A stretch of 64,000 nucleotides of DNA from Scyliorhinus canicula (Eukaryota): the NCBI RefSeq assembly GCF_902713615.1, contig NW_024055461.1:2349323-2413322 (forward strand), read 5' to 3'. The notes beneath the pieces were generated by a model, which saw only the letters and a program-made list of their open reading frames with translations, ran no database searches and was not told the DNA's origin. Below are positions 20,404 through 33,200 of this stretch, piece by piece. The position numbers and the translations under genes were made by a program. Every line of letters starts with the position of its first letter. Position 1 is the stretch's first letter.

Positions 20404-21290
20404 CCAGAATTGCCAGTGCTCCCCTGACAGCCAGCACTGCAAGTGCCCCCCCCCCCCACAGCCAGCACTGTCAGTGCTCCCTCCCCACAGCCAGAACTGC
20501 CAGTGCTCCCCCACAGGCAGCTCTGCCAGTGCTCTCCTACAGCCAGCACTGCCAGTGCTCCCCCCCCCACAGCCAGCACTGCCAGTCCTCCCCCACACCA
20601 ATCAGTACCAGTGCTCCCCCCACAGCCTGCACTGCTAGTGTTCCCCCACAGCCAGCATTGCCAGTGCTCCCCCACAGCCATCAGTAACAGTGCTCCCCCC
20701 GCAGCCAGCACTGGTAGAGCCACCCCCCACAGCCAGCACTGCCAGTGCTCCCACCCACAGCAGACGCTGCCAGAGCCAACCCCAGTCAGCACTTCCAGTG
20801 CTCCCACCCACAGCCTGCAATGCCAGTGCTCCCCCACAGCCAGCACTGCCAGTGCTTCCCCCCCCCCCACACAGCCAGCACGGTCAGTACCCCCACAGCC
20901 ACCACTGTCAGTACCCCCACCTCAGCCAGCACTGGCAGTACCCCCCCCCCCCCACACCCAGCACTGCCAGTGCACCCTCCCCACAGCCAGCACTGCCAGT
21001 GCCCCTCCCCACAGCCAGCACTGCCAGTGCCCTCCCACAGCCAGCACTGCCAGTGCCCCCCCCCCCACAGCCAGCACTACCAGTGCTCACCGTCACAGCC
21101 AGTACTGCCAGTGCTCACCGCCACAGCCAGTACTGCCAGTGCTCCCCCGCAACCAGCACTGCCAGTGCTCCCCCCACAGCCAGCACTGCCGGTGCTCGCC
21201 CCCACAGCCAGCACTGCCAGTGCTCCCCCCACACAGCCAGCACTGCCAGTGCCACCCCACAGACAGCACTGCCAGTGTCCCACCCACAGC
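20404..21290. repeat. C-rich minisatellite, ~26-30-bp unit CACAGCCAGCACTGCCAGTGCTCCCCC (first units at 19404-19468)
   Basis: Direct tandem repeats with variable C-runs; explains the long low-complexity ORFs at 20443-21594. Confidence 0.95.
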
Positions 21291-21590
21291 TGATTGGCTG
21301 AGTGGCTGTCAATCAGCGGCTGGAGCTGCTGATTGGCTGAGAGGCTGTCAGTCAGCGGCTGGAGCTGCTGATTGGCTGAGAGGCTGTGTGTCAGCGGTTG
21401 GAGCTGCTGACTGGCTGAGAGGCTGTCAGTCAGAGGCTGATGCTGCTGATTGGCTGAGAGACTGTCAGTCAGCGGCTGGAGCTGCTGGTTGGCTGAGAGG
21501 TTGTCGGTCAGAGGCTGGAGCTGCTGATTGGCTGAGAGGCTGTCAGTCAGCGGCTGGAGCTGCTGATTGGCTGAGAGGCTGTCAGTCAGG
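21289..21590. repeat. 39-bp tandem repeat GCTGATTGGCTGAGAGGCTGTCAGTCAGCGGCTGGAGCT, ~7.7 copies
   Basis: Counted by eye; 6 of 8 units keep ATTGG (CCAAT box). Confidence 0.95.
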
Positions 21591-22487
21591 TTGATTTACT
21601 CATTAATTTAATAATTGATGTAACCGGATATTTCACCGCGATCTTGATCTGCACCCTGAACCTGGACTGAGTCACCACATAAATAAATGTGTTTGTGCAG
21701 CAATTTAAGTCCCGCAGCATAAATCCGACTTGTTGCAAATTATATTGAGGATCGGTGAGGTAATAAACATCTGACAAATCCAGATAGAAAAATTTAATAA
21801 CAGACACGGTCCAGAGGAGAATGAAAGCTCCGGAGATGCTGAAGAGTAAAATCATTGACTTCCTTCTGCTCTCCATCTCTGGATCTGTGCGATTGTCTCC
21901 CTGACTCTGAACCCTCAGTGCCTTCCGGACTCGACTGGTGAGTAAAATGTGTCTGACTGTCAGGGCGTTGGTCAACAGGATTGAGAAGAATGGGATCAAT
22001 GGGGTTAAAACCTGATCAATCCAGGAATATCCAACCCATCCCGGGTCAGTGAAATAGCTGCTCTTTGTATGACAGCCCCATTGGACATTGTCGATTATCG
22101 TCACAGGTTCATATATAAAGTACAGGGGGATGTTTTTCACACAGAGCAGGATGCTGCTTGTGGACAGAACCACACCCGCAGTTTTACCGGTACAATATTT
22201 AGTTTTCAGTTTCTGGCAGCGAATGGCCACAAATCGATCAAAGGAGAAAGTGAGGGTGAACCAGACAGAACAGTCCTTGGCTGCAGACAGCAGGACAGAT
22301 TTAACACGGCACACAGGGGTGAGGGACAGGAAATTCAGGGGAAAGTAATAAACATTGATCCTGTTCAGTATGGCTTTAGTGATAATATACAGCAGATCCG
22401 CCGTTGCCATGGCCACCAGGTAGCGAGTGGTGCAGGTAGAGAGACCACACTTCCCCCGACACAGAATCACAATTCCCAGTAAATGAA
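21586..22487 (-). CDS. Class A GPCR gene 1 (GPR139/GPR142-like family), exon 2
   Basis: Acceptor AG at 22489-22488; phase-1 join to exon 1 gives GVS-V-HLLGIV; DRF, TM5 PLIPF and CCTNTFIY motifs; spliced product 322 aa. Confidence 0.9.
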
Positions 22488-23001
22488 CTGTCAGAGAGAG
22501 AAAGGAGAGACGCGGGAAATTACTGGATAATCGATCTCCCTGTCTGAACATAATCTCAGCATCAATATTCTCGACAGTGGGTGGGTGGGGGTGTTGGGAC
22601 AGGAGAGGGCACAGAGATTAACATTGCAGGGAGGGAAGTAGCAAATGTAACTCCAGTGTTAAAGATGGGGAATGGGGGGAAAAGTGTGGATTGCAGCCCT
22701 GTCAGTTTGATGGCAGTGGTAGGAAAATGTTTATAATTCAGACACCTTTGGGAGAGGTTACATTTCTCATTTAGTCTGATTTACAGGATTCACTCATGCC
22801 GGCCAGGTTTCCCAAACCGGATACAAACATACCAGAGATTGTCATCCCTGCTCAGTTATTGGACCAAACCCCGGATTGGACCGTTCCCTGGACTGGGTTT
22901 CTGATGGGGTTGGACCCCACTCCTGGTTTATTTGAATCCTACACGATCAATGGAAAAATAAAACAAACGCAGGACCTCCCCACTTCATAATCATGGGAGA
23001 A

Positions 23002-23660
23002 ATAGAAATATAGAATGTATAGTGCAAAAAGAGGCCATTCAGCCCATCACGGTAGCATGGTGGTTAGCATCAATGCTTCACAGCTCCAGGGTCCCAGGTT
23101 CGATTCCCGGCTGGGTCACTGTCTGTGTGGAGTCTGCACGTCCTCCCCGTGTGTGCGTGGGTTTCCTCCGGGTGCTCCGGTTTCCTCCCACAGTCCAAAG
23201 ATGTGCGGGTTAGGTGGATTGGCCATGCTAAATTGCCCGTAGTGTAAGGTTAATGGGGGGATTGTTGGGTTAGGGGTATACGGGTTACGTGGGTTTAAGT
23301 AGGGTGATCATTGCTCGGCACAACATCGAGGGCCGAAGGGCCTGTTCTGTGCTGTACTGTTCTATGTTCTATGTTCTAAGTCTGCACCGGCCCTTGGAAA
23401 GTAAACACCAGTTAAGACCACCCCATCCCCATAACCCAGTGACTTCATCTAAATTGTTTGGAAACTAAACACAATTTATCATGGCCAATCCACCAAACCG
23501 GCACATCTTTGGACTGTGGGAGGAAACCTGAGCACCCGGAGGAAACCCACGCAGACACGGGGAGAACTGCAGTCTCTACACAGTCACCAAAGGTAGGAAT
23601 TGATTCAGGGACCCTGGTGCTGTGAGGCAGCAGTGCAAACCAATGTGTTACTGTGCCAAC
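23002..23660 (-). mobile_element. Older tRNA-derived SINE, split by a plus-strand SINE at 23048-23377
   Basis: Tail ATAGAAATATAGAA at ~23002; body resumes after 23378 and runs to the tRNA-like head at ~23660. Confidence 0.75.
23048..23377 (+). mobile_element. Young tRNA-derived SINE with (GTTCTAT)n tail
   Basis: Nearly identical to 7266-7604; A and B boxes intact. Confidence 0.9.
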
Positions 23661-23689
23661 CAATGTCATTGGGAAGGGAGAGAACAGGA

Positions 23690-24235
23690 TAAAGCGGATG
23701 GGATTAAGAGAGAAAGAAATGATCTTGCTGGGCTGGAACAGGCCGAATGTGTCTACTGGGAGTTTCCTGTTTGTGGATTTTGGGAAGGAGGTCGAAGCGG
23801 GAGGTTGATGCAGGATGTGTGGGGTTGTGGGACTATGATGTCCGAGGCTGTGGACAGAGGATATCCAGAGCCAATGAGGTCAGTGAGTATCCTGGGAACA
23901 ATATCATGATGTTTGGTGGTGTGCTGCTGGTTCAGGAGGAGGTAGCAGGATGGGCCTGAGAGTTGACGGTCAGTCTCTGTGAGGAAGAAGTCAGTACAAC
24001 AGACAATAATGGCACCACCCTTGTGGGTCGCTCAGGTCACCAGGTCAGGGTTGGATATTAGAGACAGGATTGGAACAAGTTTCGAGTGAGTCAGGATAGA
24101 GTTGGTGAGAGGCACAGAGAAATTGAGACGGTCGATGTCGCACTGACAGATCTCAATGAAAAGATCAAGAGCTGATAGGAGGCCAGAGGGTGGGGTCCGG
24201 GTAGAGGGAGATTACTGGAGGCAGATGGATTTCAG
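23690..24235 (-). mobile_element. Decayed Penelope-like retroelement fragment
   Basis: Minus-strand remnants such as 'cttgatcttttcattgagatctgtcagtgcgacatcgaccgtctcaatttc' resemble recalled shark Penelope coding sequence. Confidence 0.4.
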
Positions 24236-25322
24236 CAACCAATATTCATAAAATAGACAGTGAGAAACAGCAGAGACAATATTATCTACTCACTGATCAC
24301 CATCAGAATAATTGCCAAAGAATTGAAAAGCAGAGGTCGGTCTCTGTTATTCTTGAATTTAGAACAGAATATAATAAAATCTTCCAGTCACAATGTCAAC
24401 AGTAGGAAAAATGGAATTAGAAGTCTGAGTGAAAGAAATCCAGTAACACAGAGTCTACTAAATAGTCGGCACATATTCCAAAGTCAACATCATTCCTGAC
24501 ACATTTCATCCAATTATTGTAATAACTATCAGAAATAATAAATCTGAGTAGTATAATAGATGTTAAACAATTTGAGTTTCTAAAGGCCGTCAGTAAGATC
24601 CAACATAACAGACTGATGAGTAATCTCAGAGCCAGTGGAGTTAGGGGACACAGCAGCAGAATGGACACATGCTGGCGACACACACACAAAAAAGGGAGAG
24701 GAGGCAAAGGGATTTAGGCTGATTGGTGGAAGGTGGGAGGTGGTGTTCCACAAGGATCAGCACTGGGATCATTCTCCTTCACCATTCCCATCATCAGTAT
24801 GGAATCGGGAAGCAGAAAGATAATTACACAATTTACAGACAAAATCAAATTGAGAGTGATAGTGAATCAGAGGAAGAATACAACTAATTACAAGAACACA
24901 TTATCAGTAATTATGAATTTGCAAAGTGGGTATTTCAATGGGTAATTAATTTCCCGACAGTCAGTGTCCGCTGCTGCATTTTGATCAGAACAATAAGTCC
25001 CGCAATCACTCCTTGGAAAACAAGTGTTTGAATGAACTGGAGGGGTTTCTGGGTTCAGGTGAATAGATTCACAAATCGTGTGAAGCAGAAACACAGTTTA
25101 AAAACACCCATAAAAATTGATCAAACATGTGAGTTCATTTCAGAATGAATAGAAATGAGAAAATATCACAAAACGTATTGGAATACCGCACTGTTGTGGG
25201 TTTTATGAAATATTGAAGTTTGGGTCATGTTTGTTCCTGTTGGAGTAGGTCAATAGAAAACAGAAATAGGGACATTTCACTTCATACAATAAATATCAAA
25301 CATCTTCAAAACCCAGCCAAAC

Positions 25323-25530
25323 GGGCTGGTTTAGCTCACTTGGGGCTGGTTTAGCTCACTGGGCTAAATCGCTGGCTTTTAAAGCAGACCAAGCAGGCCA
25401 AACAGCACGGTTCGATTCCCGTACCAGCCTCCCCGGACAGGCGCCGGAATGTGGCGACTAGGGGCTTTTCACAGTGACCTCATTGAAGCCTACTCGTGAC
25501 AATAAGCTATTTTCATTTTCATTTCATTTT
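25323..25530 (+). mobile_element. Second tRNA-derived SINE family with duplicated head and (TTTCA)n tail
   Basis: GGGCTGGTTTAGCTCACT occurs twice; B box GGTTCGATTCC; related copy at ~43650-43820. Confidence 0.8.
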
Positions 25531-25721
25531 CAAACTCTTCCTGTTTTCAACCTATTCCAAAGTTAAAACTCACAGAGGGAACTCCACAGAATGGAGCGAC
25601 AACTCACCAATAAAATACATCATTTCAAAATAGATCCAACTAATGTCAGTCCAGTTACTGACCAACCCACAATACAATTCCACATGGACAGATAGCCCCA
25701 GTAATAGAGAGATAATTAGAT

Positions 25722-26008
25722 CAGATATTCCACTCTGGTGAGAGACCCACACTCAGTACAATTCTACACTGACAGATACTTCCAGTAATCCTTGTTCCCG
25801 CTGTCAGATATTCCACTCTGGTGAGAGACCCACACTCAGTACAATTCTACATTGACAGATACTTCCAATAATCCTTGTTCCCGCTGTCAGACATTCCACT
25901 CTTGTTAGAGACCCACACTCAGTAGAATTCTACACTGACAGATACTTCCAGTAACACTTCCTCACAGCTGTCAGATATTCCACTCTGGTTAGTTACCCAC
26001 ACGCAGTC
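25722..26008. repeat. 83-bp tandem repeat, ~3.5 copies, in the GPCR gene 1 intron
   Basis: Unit starts at 25722, 25805, 25888 and 25972. Confidence 0.9.
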
Positions 26009-26331
26009 TGCTTTAATTCTTTCTCTTCCTAAACTTCCCATCAGATAAATTTCCTTCACTGAGATCCAATCTAACATTATACAAGATCCAACTCAATATA
26101 ATAACTTCACCGGTCAGAGATCCAGTGAGTAACAAACAGAGGTTTATTGTGATTTGATGGAAGGAATTCAAACCATTGACATACTTAAAGACATTTGACA
26201 ATTATATAGTTGATCAGGTGTCTGTATAACAGTGAGCACGAGATCGGGATTAAACATTTTCACTCAGAGTTTCAAATCAGAGAGCCGCTCACACACAGAT
26301 TTACACAAGTTCAATGGTGATAGTCACTTAC

Positions 26332-26398
26332 CAGAAACACCAACGATAGCAACGATTGGGTAGAATATTTTCTCAACCATTTGAATTGGAAGATGCAT
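26332..26398 (-). CDS. Class A GPCR gene 1, exon 1 (MHLPIQMVEKIFYPIVAIVGVS)
   Basis: ATG at 26398, 67 nt, followed by GTAAGT (26331-26326); same phase and motif as exon 1 of gene 2. Confidence 0.88.
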
Positions 26399-26780
26399 TG
26401 TCAGTGTGAAGTGATGTGTCCTTTCGTGCGGGTGTCAGTCTCTGTGTCTGAAATAAGCGATTTTAATTTCATTTCATTTTCAAACTCCGAGGTTATATAT
26501 TCCCAAAGCATTTAATTTATACCCTGGGGAACCACCTCAGGGATATTGAGGTTGTGAAATCGTTCTAGTTATGATTCGAAATATATGAACAAACAGCTTA
26601 CGATATTGTGTTCAGTGAAAGAAAATATTATTTTTCGAGTGAGTGACCACTTTCCAAATACTGAACTGTGTTGATCACATTGTTCAGCTAACATTAACAG
26701 AACGGATGCTGTCCACTCAGACACCATCAGTCCCATCTCTAGATCTCAGATAGTTACAGTGATAACCCTCACACCACTTT

Positions 26781-27045
26781 GACCATTCAGTGATTCAGTC
26801 CCAATTGTCAGTGTGTTTCTATGGGTCGTTCCACTGCACTCTGGGGTGTAGCTGCCTCTGTAACTGTGACCATTCAGTGATTCAGTTCCAATTGTCAGTG
26901 TGTTTCTCTGTGTGGTTCCACTGCACTCTGGGACGTAGCTGTATCTGTAACTGTGACCATTCAGTGATTCAGTTCCAATTGTCAATGTGTTTCTCTGGGT
27001 GGTTCCACTGCACTCTGGGGTGTAGCTGACTCTATCTGAGACCAT
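26781..27045. repeat. 87-bp tandem repeat, 3 copies
   Basis: GACCATTCAGTGATTCAG starts at 26781, 26868 and 26955. Confidence 0.9.
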
Positions 27046-27329
27046 TCCTTTATTTGATGTCAGTATGTTCTGTCTGAGCATAAGTAGCAAATTTCAATGT
27101 CTCCAAAATCTGGAACTTTCAAAGCACAAAATATGTGATCCCATATCTAAATCTGGTTCAGCCCCTCAAACTAAGAAAATATTTAGAATTATTGGAACCT
27201 TAGAAAACTCAAAGGCTGCAGCACATTCAAACTCAGCACCTCAGAGAGCAGCATTAAAACATATACAGCGGTGAAAACTAATACCCCGTCTCTAACCGGC
27301 CGACCATCTGATACACAGACTTACACTGG

Positions 27330-29270
27330 GAGAGAGGCGGATGAGATGTGGAGGAAGAGAGAACTGGTCTGTGAGTTGCGCTGATAGAAGACAGGGTGAG
27401 AGAGAGGGTGGGAGGAGATAGAATGGTAGAGAAAGTGGGTGGGAGAAATAAAGGGTAAAACGAGAGAAGAAGGTAGATTGTCTGAGAGAATGGGAAGCAG
27501 AGAGTGGAGAGCGAGTGGGTGAGTGGATGATGGAGGCAGAGTGTGTGAGAAGGATGGTGTATAAAATACTAACATAATCTTAGACATAAGGAAAGGAGAG
27601 AGCGACTGAGTGACTGAGGGAGTGGGAGAGGGAAAGATTGTGAGAGAAAGTATGAGGGGGAGAGAGTGTGAGAGAATGTGTGAGAGAGAGAAAGTGTGAG
27701 AGAGGGTAAGTGTGAGAGGGGGAAAGAGAGTGAGAGAAAGTGTCAGTGAGGGAGTTGTGTGAGAGGGAGGGAGGCATGGAGGGATAGAGATATAGGGATG
27801 GAGAGAGTGTGAGAGAGGAACAGAGTGTGAAAGTGTCTAACGGAGATGTGCGAGAGGAAGGGAGGCATGGAGGAAGAGAGAGAGAGAGGGAGGGGAGAGT
27901 GTGGGAGAGGGACTGAGTGTGAGAGGAGGTGTATAAAGGAGGTGTGAGAGAGGGAGGGATGCAGGGAGGGAGAGAGAGGGAAGGGAGAGTGTGAGAGAAG
28001 GACAGAATGTGAGAGAGGGGTAAGTGGAAATGTGTCAGAGAGAATGGGAGAGTGGGAGTGAGTATCAATGAAGAAGAAAGTATGAGAGAGGCAGGAATTT
28101 GAGAGAGGGTGTGAGAGATGGAGTGTGAGAGATGGAGGGAGTGTGAGAGAGGGAGGGGGTGTGAGAGATGGATGGAGTGTGAGAGAGGGAGAGAGTGTGA
28201 GAAAGGGAGAGTGAGTGAGACAGGGAGAGTGTGTTAGACCGGGAGATAGTGTGAGAGAAGGAGAGAGTCTGAGAGGGAGACAGAGTGGCAGAGAGGGAGA
28301 GAGTGGGAGAGAGGGAGGGTGAGTGAGGTAGAAAATGTGTCAGAGGGAGAGAGTGTGAGAGAGGGCGAGAGTGCAAGAGGGAGTGAGTACAAGAGAGAGA
28401 GAGAGAGCGAAAGGGGAGAGAGCAAGAGAGTGCGAGAGAGGGTTAGAGTGCGCGAAAGGGACAGAGTGTGAGAGAGGGAGGGTGTGAGAGAGAAGGAGGG
28501 TGTGTTAGAGGGTTAGAGTGTGAGAGAGGGAGGGAGTGTGAGAGAAGGAGAGGGTGTGAGAGAGGGGACAGAGTGTGAGAGAAAGAGAGGGTGTGAGAGA
28601 GGGAGAGTGTGAGAGAGGGAGAGTGAGAGAGGGAGGGTGAGAGAGAGTTCTGAGAGAGGGAGACACTGTGAGAGAGGGGGAGTGTGAGAGACGGAGAGAG
28701 TGTGAGAGAGGGAGACAGTGTGCGAGAGTGAGAGAGTGTGGGAGAGGGAGAGAGTCTGAGAGCGGGAGAGAGTGTGAGAGTGGGAGAGAGTGTGAGAGAG
28801 GGAGACACTGTGAGAGAGGGGGAGTGTGAGAGACGGAGAGAGTGTGAGAGAGGGAGACAGTGTGAGAGAGAGTGTGGGAGAGGGAGAGAGTCTGAGAGCG
28901 GGAGAGAGTGTGAGAGTGGGAGAGAGTGTGAGAGAGGGAGACATTGTGGGAGAGGGGAGAGTGTGAGAGAGGGAGACAGTGTGGGAGAGGGAGAGAGTGT
29001 GGGAGAGGGAGAGAGTGTGAGAGAGGGAGACAGTGTGGGAGAGGGAGAGAGTGTGAGAGAGGGAGAGAGTGTGAGAGTGGGAGTGTGAGAGAAGGTTACA
29101 CTGTGGGAAAGGGGGAGAGTGTGAGAGGGGGAGGGATTGTTGAGATGGAGAGAGTGTGAGCGAGGGAGAGAGCGTGGGAGAGGGATAGCGTGAGAGAGCG
29201 AGGATGAGAAAGGGAGAGAGTGTGAGAGAGTGAGAGAGTGCAAGGGAGAGATATAGTGTGAGGGAGTGTG
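27330..29270. repeat. ~2-kb GA/GAGAGT-rich polypurine simple repeat
   Basis: Almost no pyrimidines on the plus strand apart from interspersed GT/CA; the minus-strand ORFs (SLSH/TLSP) are artefacts. Confidence 0.95.
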
Positions 29271-30299
29271 CTTGGAGATATGGGGAACTGGGTTTGATGT
29301 GCAAAACACAATACGGATTTAGAAATTTGCTGAGTAAACAAACTTGTTCCTAAATTATAAAATCAGATACTGGATCAAGTAAATATCCTTCATGCAGTAT
29401 TCCATTATTTAAGTTGTGAATAATTGACAGTGTGATAGGTCGGTTATTGTGCAGAGCTGGAATAGAACTTGTCTTCCCCAGTGAGAGGCCAGAAAGCAAA
29501 CACGTGGCACAGCCGCTTTTAACAATAATTGCAATGCAACCTCAAAAAAGCTACACCTCCCTCTAATTATGAAATGTGCGTCAGTTATTATTGGGTGCAA
29601 CACAGATGTTTTCAATATGAAAAGCACAGGCAGCGCCCAGGGTCAGGCAGATTGGAACTTACAATGAAGTTGATGCTGTGAAGTAACCAGTCAGCTAAAG
29701 CGGACGCTGAGTTCACACATGGACACAGTGAATAGAAAGGATGACAGTGAGAATACTGGCGGAGGTGGGGAACTTGCAGGGAACCTGCAGGTATTGGTCC
29801 ACATTCTCTCACAGCCAGACGACATCCAAAGCCTGAAAAGTGCGTGAAGTACCGAAGGAGAACATTCATTCCGTTTGACCTCAGCCTCTCTATAGATCAG
29901 CAGATCATTCTATCCGACTGGGGCGCCCTTTCCCTGGAGAGATACATTTGATTTCTGTCACTCCTACCATTCCCTGTGAAACCACTGTTGTATCTGCCTG
30001 CACCAGTGTCCCAGGCCGTGCAGACCAGATCAGAACCACTCGCTGTGTGAATGGTTTAGAAGCATTTTTCCCTTCGGAATGATTGGATTGGTTGGGGCTG
30101 GGTTATTGGCAATAAAAGACGATGATGTGAGATTCGTTCCACACCTTTAAGATTGTATAAATTTTGGGTAATCTGGATATAAATGAACTGTTTCATGAAC
30201 AATATAAATATCTGTTGGAATGATGTAACTTAAGTATATTATCATACAGCTATGTTCGGCAGAACCCGAGACACTACACCTGTAGTGTCTCCCACCCGC

Positions 30300-33200
30300 C
30301 CTCCTCCTCTAACCAAAAAAGAAAGACTGCTGATAAGGAGCAGCGGCTTTCAGATTCTCGGCGGGAGCAGTGGTCAGGGGTCTGTCGGGAAGGTAAGTTT
30401 ACCTCTTTAAAAACTTTAAAAACTGACCCTGAAGAGTGCCATCACAGCAAAGCAGTGACCTGATTGGCCGGTAAGGAAAGTGCTCCAATTAGCAGTAGCT
30501 GGGAGAAATGTAACTCTTCGTGTGTTGGTAAGTATTGTGATTGGTAAGTAAAATCGTTATTACTTTCAATAATTCATTATTTGATATTATATTTGTAATC
30601 AGTTAAGGTAAAGTGTAAAAATGGCAGGAGATCCCAGACCCGTGTTATGCTCCTCATGCTCAATGTGGGAGTTCAGGGACGTGGCCGATGCCCCTGACCC
30701 CTTCATGTGCGGGAAGTGTGTCCAGCTGCAGCGCCTCTGAGACCGCATAACGGCTCTGGAGCTGCGGATGGACTCACCTTGGAGCATCCGCGATGCTGAG
30801 GAGGTCGTGGACAGCACGTTCAGTGAGTTAGTCACACCGCAGATTAGGATTGGTAAGGTACACAGGGATTGGGTGACCAAAAGGCAGAGAAAGAGCAGGA
30901 AGGCAGTTCACGTGTCCCCTGTGGTCATCTCCCTCCAAAACAGGTATACCGTTTTGGATACTGTTGGGGGAGATATCTCACCAGGGGAATGCAGTAGTTG
31001 CCAGGCTCATGGCACCGTGGCTGGCTCTGCTGCACAGAAGGGCGGGAAAAAGAATGGCAGGACTATAGTCATAGGGGATTCAGTCGTAACGTGAGTAGAC
31101 AGGCGTTTCTGTGGTCGAAAATGAGACTCCCGAATGGTATGTTGCCTCCCGGGTGCACGGGTCAGGGATGTCTCAGATCGGCTGCAGGTTAAACTGAAGG
31201 GGGAGGGTGAACAGTCAGTTGTCATGATGCATATAGGCACCAACGATATTGATAAAAAGTGGAATGAGGACCTACAATCAGAATTTAGGGAGTTAGGAGA
31301 TAAATTAAAAAGTAGGACCTCAAAGGTAGTAATCTCAGGATTGCTACCAGTGCCACAAGACAGTCGGAGTAGAAATTCAAGAATAGTCAGAATGAATACG
31401 TGGCTTGAGAGATGGTGCAGGAGGGAGGGGTTCAGATTTTTGGGACATTGGAACCGGTTCTGGGGGAGGTGGGACCATTACAAACCGGATGGTCTACACC
31501 TGGGCAGGACTGGAAACAATGTCTTGGGGGTGTTTTTGCTAACACTGCTGGGGAGGTTTTAAACTAATGTGGCAGGGGGATGGGAACCAGATTAGGAAGT
31601 TAGAGGTCAGTAAAGAGGCAGCAACTAAAGCCAGTAAGGTACTAGATAATAAACGCAGGTGACTAACGGGAAAAGTAGACAGGGAAGAGATGATGAGCAC
31701 AAAGGGACAGGTGGTCTGAGGTGCATTTGTTTTAATGCGAGAAGTGTAGCAGGTAAGGCAGATGAATTTAGGGCTTGGATCAGTACCTGGGAATATGATG
31801 TTATTTGTATTACTGAGACTTGGTTGAGGGAAGGGCAGGACTGGCAACTGAATATCCCAGGGTATTGATGCTTCAGGGGGGATAGAGAGGGAGGTAGAAG
31901 GGGTGGAGAAGTTGCATTACTAGTCAGAGATGACATCACAGTTGTGATTAAGGAGGGTACGGTGGAGGTTTCGAGCAGTGAGGCAATATGGATAGAGCTA
32001 AGAAATAGGAAGGGTGCAGTAACATTGTTGGGACTTTACTACAGGCCTCCCAAAAGCGAGCATGAAGTAGATGTACAACTATGCAGACAGATTATAGAAA
32101 AATGTAGGAGCAATGGGTGGTTGTGATGGGAGATTTTAACTTCCCCAACATTGAATGGGACTCGTGTAGTGTTGGAGGTGTAGAAGGAGCAGAGTTTGTA
32201 AGGAGCATCCAGGAGAGTTTTTTTTTAGAGCAGTATGTAAATAGTCCAACTCGGGAAGGGGCCATACTGGACCTAGTATTGGGGATTGATCCCGGCCAGG
32301 TGGTTGAAGTTTCCGTCGGTGATTACTTTGGGAATAGCGATCACAATTCTGTAAGTTTTAGAACACTCATGGACAAAGCAGAGAGTGGTCCTAAAGGAAG
32401 AGTGATAAATTGGGGAAAGGGAAAGGATGAAAATGGATAAATTCGGCAGGAGCTAGGGAATGTGCACTGGGAGCAGCTCTTTAAGGCTAAATCCACATTT
32501 GAAATGTGGGAGTCTTTTAAGGAAAGGTTGATTAGAGTGCAGGACAGACATGTCCCTGTGAAAATGAGGGATAGAAATGGCAAGATTAGGGAACCGTGGA
32601 TGACGGGTGGAATTGTGACACTAGCTAACATGAAAAAGGAAGCATACATAAGATCGAGGCAACTCAAAACTGCTGAAGCTTTGGACGAGTAGGAGAGTAG
32701 GACGAATCTCAAACGTGCAATAAAGAGGGCTAAAAGGGGTCATGAAACATCTTTGGCTAACAGGGTTAAGGAAAATCCCAAAGCCTTTTATTCGTGTATA
32801 AGGAGCAAGAGGGTAACTAGAGAAAGGATTGGCCCACTCAAAGACAAAAGAGGGAATTTATGAGTGAAGTCAGAAGAAATGGGTGAGATTCTTAATAAGT
32901 ACTTTGCATCGGTATTCACCAAGGAGAGGGACATGACGGATCTTGAGGCTAGGGATGGATATTTAAATACACTAGGTCAGGTCGTCATAAGGAAGGGGGA
33001 AGGTTTGGGTATTCTAAAAGGCATTAGGGTGGACAAGTCCCCAGGACCGGATGGGATCTATCCCAGGTTACTGAGGGAAACGAGGGACGAAATAGCTTGG
33101 GCCTTAACAGATATCTTTGCAGCATTCTTGAGCACGGGTGTGGTCCTGGAGGACTGGAGAATTGCTAATTTTATCCCTTTGTTTAAGAAGGCTAACAGGG

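Noticed and set aside
20167-21594. Long Pro/Ala/Cys-rich ORFs (up to 383 aa)
   Set aside because: Translations of minisatellites.
24240-24707. Possible third membrane-protein or GPCR pseudogene (LIPFFLLL-like stretch on the minus strand)
   Set aside because: Stops in all frames and no DRY or TM7 motif; AT-rich sequence gives hydrophobic translations by chance.
27580-29309. Ser/Leu/His-rich ORFs
   Set aside because: Translations of the GA-rich simple repeat.
30255-30320. HDV-like ribozyme at the CR1 5' end
   Set aside because: CCTCCTC resembles the L3 loop, but I could not build the P1/P2/P3 nested pseudoknot; only a simple hairpin is supported.
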